A stretch of 64,000 nucleotides of DNA from Caldisericia bacterium. GTDB lineage: Bacteria > Caldisericota > Caldisericia > JAAYUI01. The number at the start of each line of letters is the position of its first letter. Positions within the stretch are counted from its first letter, which is position 1. The DNA lies in contig OY771555.1 of assembly GCA_963674785.1 (NCBI GenBank), positions 672,001 to 736,000 of the forward strand. Reading direction: 5' to 3'. Below, one piece after another: positions 60,530 to 64,000 of this stretch. Under the pieces are notes generated by a model. That model was not told the origin of the DNA. It did no database searches and saw nothing but the letters and a program-made list of their open reading frames with translations. The translations under genes and the position numbers were made by a program.

Positions 60530-60674
60530 GTCATTCCCGACCCCGATCGGGAATCCAGGGTTACTTTTGGTTCGGGAATTCTTATTCAGTAATTTTTGTC
60601 GAAAGAGGGATATTTGACCAGACAAAATAAATACGCTCTTTTCTGCCCTGGTTTCCAGCGTTCGCTGGAAAGAC
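60530..60674 (+). mobile_element. REPIN/MITE-like element, copy B (145 bp)
   Basis: GTCATTCCCGACCCCGATCGGGAATCCAGGGTTAC...GCCCTGGTTTCCAGCGTTCGCTGGAAAGAC. Confidence 0.8.
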
Positions 60675-60687
60675 ATCCTCTTACTAC

Positions 60688-61074
60688 GTCATGCCAAGCT
60701 TGACTTGGCATCCAGGGTTACTTTAGAATCATAGATATATTATGCAACCTGCCATATACATTCTCGCAAGCAAAAGAAATGGAACACTCTATATAGGTGT
60801 TACAAGCAATCTGGCAAAAAGAATTTGGGAACACAAAAATGATGTTGTCGACGGTTTTTCTAAGAGACATGAAACTCATATCCTCGTATATTTCGAGGTT
60901 TCCCCTGACATGGAATCAGCAATCACAAGAGAAAAAAGACTCAAAACATGGAAGAGCTTGGAAACTTGAATTGATTGAAAAAATGAATCCAACTTGGAAG
61001 GATTTGTTTGAGGAAGTGATTTAGAATTTATGTACACCAATTAACCCTGGTTTCCAGCTGCAGATGTGAAAGAC
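60688..61074 (+). mobile_element. GIY-YIG-carrying long version of the REPIN-like element (387 bp)
   Basis: Left end GTCATGCCAAGCTTGACTTGGCATCCAGGGTTAC and right end TAACCCTGGTTTCCAGC...GAAAGAC enclose the nuclease gene. Confidence 0.7.
60742..61024 (+). pseudogene. GIY-YIG nuclease (YhbQ/SLX1-like, ~95 aa) with 2-bp frameshift
   Basis: YILASKRNGTLYIGVTSNL..RIWEHK...AITREKRLKTWK then RAWKLELIEKMNPTWKDL in another frame; restoring AG in TGGAAGAGCTTGG (~60950) fuses them. Confidence 0.9.
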
Positions 61075-61282
61075 AGGGGAAAATGCTAGAAAGACTTAAC
61101 CCTCCCTGGTGACTTCGTCACCATCCCTCCCTATCAGGGAGGGCTTTTTTGATTCGTCATTCCGTGTAGTTACTGAATCAACAGGAACAATAATCTAAAA
61201 AGAATTATTTTAAACCTTAATTTCTTCACTACTATACATTAAAAATATTGCCAGTACCCTAGTCATTCAAAGGTGAAAAATC

Positions 61283-62647
61283 ATGGAAAAAACAAGAAGA
61301 CTCGGAACAAAATCTATCGGTAAACTACTGCTTGAGTACTCTACCCCCGCAATAATCGCAATGATTGTAAACTCTATCTACAATGTTGTAGACAGAATCT
61401 TCATAGGCAATTACGCAGGTGAGGCTGCACTTGCAGGTCTCACAATTGCATTCCCAATAATGATGATGATCTTCGCATTTGCTGGACTCATCGGCATGGG
61501 TGGAACATCACTCCTCTCAATAAAGCTTGGTGAAGAAAACCTTCACGAAGCAAATAAGACATTTGGCAACATGATCGGTTTGGGCATCATCTTTGCTGTT
61601 GTTACATTTGTGGGATTGTTTTTCACTCTTGACCCAACATTGATTCTGTTTGGTGCAAAAGCTGAAACCATAGGCCCTGCAAGTAGCTATATGAGAATAA
61701 TCATCTTTGGATTCTTTTTCCAGATGATTGGCTTTTCTCTAAACAATGCAATCAGAGCAGAGGGACACCCCTTCCTGCCAATGGTTGCAATGACAACATC
61801 AGCCCTCACAAACATCGTGCTTGATTACTTGTTTATTGTTGTATTTGGATGGGGAGTTGAAGGTGCAGCATATGCAACAATCATCGGTCAATTTGTGGGA
61901 TTCTTAATAATGATCCTGTTCTATCTGCGAGGGAAAAGTATTCTCAGACCAATTCTAGGGGATTTCATCCCGAGACTTAAAACAACACTTCGAATCTTTG
62001 TTGTCGGTTTTGCGACATTCATTGGAACAATCGGTGTGAGTTTGGCTCTGACCCTCATAAACCGTGCTCTTGCAAACTATGGTGGTTTGGCAAGCGTCAC
62101 TTCGATGGGTGCGATAAACAGTATCTTTACACTCTTCATTATGCCTGTAATGGGTATTAGACAGGGAATGCAACCGATCATCGGATACAACCATGGTGCA
62201 GGAAACAGCGAGCGAGTCTTCAAAACACTCAGACTTGGACTCACGGTTGCAACAATTTTTGCAGTAGCAATCTTCCTTATGATTCAGCTCTTCCCAGAGG
62301 TTTTTGTGAAGATGTTCCTAGACCCGAACTCAGAGACAATAAAGGTCGCAATAAACGGTCTCAGGTTATATTTCCTATCTCTACCAATTATTCCAGTAAG
62401 CCTCATGGGTGTTGGATATTATCAATCCACGGGAAACGGTCTCATCTCAATGCTTCTTGGACTTCAGATTCTGATACTTATTCCAGTCATCTCAATTCTT
62501 CCACCACTGTTTGGTTTAACAGGTGTATGGATCTCTTATCCGGTTGCAGATGTGATTCTGGTTACAATCACAATCATCTTGCTTACCGGCAGCTATCAGA
62601 AGTACAAAAAAGGGTCGCCATTTGTCTCTGTTCCTGCTGGAGGTTGA
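61283..62647 (+). CDS. MATE family efflux transporter (paralog of 33244..34620)
   Basis: Same motifs, long near-identical peptide stretches. Confidence 0.93.
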   Translation: MEKTRRLGTKSIGKLLLEYSTPAIIAMIVNSIYNVVDRIFIGNYAGEAALAGLTIAFPIMMMIFAFAGLIGMGGTSLLSIKLGEENLHEANKTFGNMIGLGIIFAVVTFVGLFFTLDPTLILFGAKAETIGPASSYMRIIIFGFFFQMIGFSLNNAIRAEGHPFLPMVAMTTSALTNIVLDYLFIVVFGWGVEGAAYATIIGQFVGFLIMILFYLRGKSILRPILGDFIPRLKTTLRIFVVGFATFIGTIGVSLALTLINRALANYGGLASVTSMGAINSIFTLFIMPVMGIRQGMQPIIGYNHGAGNSERVFKTLRLGLTVATIFAVAIFLMIQLFPEVFVKMFLDPNSETIKVAINGLRLYFLSLPIIPVSLMGVGYYQSTGNGLISMLLGLQILILIPVISILPPLFGLTGVWISYPVADVILVTITIILLTGSYQKYKKGSPFVSVPAGG

Positions 62648-62679
62648 TAATAGCCACGAGTTATAGAGTTAATCATTCC

Positions 62680-62750
62680 GTCACCCCGCACGGTCGCTGA
62701 GCTCGGTTTACACTGAGTTTACCGAAGTGTCGAAGCGTGATGCGGGGTCT
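62680..62750 (+). repeat. Nested REP-like palindromes
   Basis: GTCACCCCGCA...TGATGCGGGGTCT enclosing CTGAGCTC[...CTGAGTTTACCGAAGT]GTCGAAG; similar nesting at 60324..60397 and 4150..4197. Confidence 0.7.
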
Positions 62751-62872
62751 TTTGTCCAGTTGTCTGTCCCCATGAGGGGTGTTATAGCACGGAATTTTTG
62801 GGTGGGTAGGGTGAAACCCTCCCTGGTGACTTCGTCACCATCCCTCCCTATCAAGGAGGGCTTTTTTAGCTC

Positions 62873-63020
62873 GTCATTCCGGGCTTGACCCGGAATCCAG
62901 GATTATTTTAGAATCATGAAATATCTTGAGGGGAGTTATTGATGAAAGAGGGGTTTATTTCGCCAAAAAAAAGAATGCGGTTTTTTCATACCCTGGATGC
63001 CGAATCAAGTGCGGCATGAC
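62873..63020 (+). mobile_element. REPIN/MITE-like element, copy C (148 bp)
   Basis: GTCATTCCGGGCTTGACCCGGAATCCAGG...ATACCCTGGATGCCGAATCAAGTGCGGCATGAC, followed by tandem GG(C/A)ATGA half-sites to 63064. Confidence 0.8.
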
Positions 63021-63074
63021 GGGGGAGAGGTGTGGCATGATGGGGGAGAAGGGTGTGGAATGACGAATAGTGAG

Positions 63075-64000
63075 TTATTTGGAAACTGAAATCCAGGAAC
63101 TCTCGACAGCTGTTTTCAAGTCACCCCAGTTATCTTCAAGATTCTTGCGGCTTTCATATCGGCGTGATAAATACCTGCCGTACATTTTCACGATGAATGC
63201 TGGGAATTTTGAAATATCTTTACCTTTGTTTATGTGCCCCGCGAGCTCCATTCCAGAATCAAATGCCTGCTGGATTCCAGCACCTGTGAGAGGGTCTGTG
63301 AGCCCGGCTGCATCACCAATTAAAACTGTGTGGTCAGCAGCCTCAGGTGTGAGACCATAAAGCGGGATGAGTCCAGCGGAAATCTCTAAACTGTCACCTG
63401 TTACAAGGTTTATGTTTTTAAGATGGTTTATGAAAAAATGCAGAGCATCACGAAGATTATCGGTTGCACCTATCCCAACATTTGCAAACTGCCCTTTTGG
63501 GAAAAGCCATCCGTAACCTTGCTTTATTTCATCCATAAAAAAGATTTTTGTGAAGTTGTATTCTGCTGTTGCTTTCATCAAGACATTGACTGCCGGAAGA
63601 ACAGGGGCGACTGGAAGCCCGTGTGATTTCCTGACAATAGACATTGGGCCATCTGCACCAACAATGATGTTACCCCTATAACTCCCTTTTTCTGTGATGA
63701 CAGAATGCCCATCAATACTCCTGACATTTTCACCAAGGTGGATTGTTGTGTTATCGAGGGATTCAAGAAGTGATTTCTGCCATGATTTGCGGTCAATAAT
63801 TTTTCCGGGGAATTTCATGTTTGTGCTGACATCACCGTAATGGGTGATCATGGCGGAGGTTTTTGTGATAGCAGTTTCTTTGAAAAGTGCAGGCACCCAC
63901 TCGGCACAGGAAATCTTGTTGTGGGGTTTATCGTGTCTATCAAGAAGCAGAACCTTCAAGGATTTATCAAGGTTTCCCGCAAGAGAGAGTCCTGCGGGGC
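63075..64000 (-). CDS. Geranylgeranyl reductase-family FAD-dependent oxidoreductase (5' end outside window)
   Basis: PAGLSLA at the window edge, VGADGPMS, GYGWLFPKG, LIGDAAGLTDPLTGAGI. Confidence 0.9.
   Translation of the reverse strand, partial: PAGLSLAGNLDKSLKVLLLDRHDKPHNKISCAEWVPALFKETAITKTSAMITHYGDVSTNMKFPGKIIDRKSWQKSLLESLDNTTIHLGENVRSIDGHSVITEKGSYRGNIIVGADGPMSIVRKSHGLPVAPVLPAVNVLMKATAEYNFTKIFFMDEIKQGYGWLFPKGQFANVGIGATDNLRDALHFFINHLKNINLVTGDSLEISAGLIPLYGLTPEAADHTVLIGDAAGLTDPLTGAGIQQAFDSGMELAGHINKGKDISKFPAFIVKMYGRYLSRRYESRKNLEDNWGDLKTAVESSWISVSK

Noticed and set aside
33244-62647. Two similar MATE genes as a special system
   Set aside because: Ordinary paralogy; MATE duplicates are common in anaerobes
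641-63020. Integron attC cassette array
   Set aside because: The hairpins do not separate each gene, lack consistent RYYYAAC/GTTRRRY ends, and no integron integrase is present

Overview
Low-GC bacterial chromosomal segment, standard genetic code. A giant stalk-domain (copper amine oxidase N-terminal-like) surface protein and many beta-propeller lipoproteins suggest a Caldisericota-like anaerobe (inference only). The window holds tRNA-Leu(CAA) followed by three 76-77 bp degenerate tRNA-derived repeats. Three large lipoprotein genes follow, each preceded by a copy of the 3' end of the neighbouring fpg/nei gene, then a lipoprotein-lgt pair. Next come a Fis-like HTH gene, a sigma-54 promoter and a 3158-aa secreted, probably S-layer/sheath-type protein. 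The middle has an array of Trp-rich repeat proteins, MATE/MarR and TetR/ABC efflux modules and housekeeping enzymes. A Panacea-type toxin-antitoxin pair sits inside a locus with seven SPFH (prohibitin-like) paralogs, most carrying an unusual insert, plus three mini-SPFH derivatives and four tandem double-GNAT acetyltransferases. Intergenic DNA is packed with REP-like hairpin families. One is a 145-148 bp REPIN/MITE-like element in at least 6 copies whose ends also bracket a frameshifted GIY-YIG nuclease gene. The two strongest candidates for an undescribed system are the GIY-YIG/REPIN-like element family and the SPFH-GNAT operon. All calls come from reading the sequence; no database searches were run.
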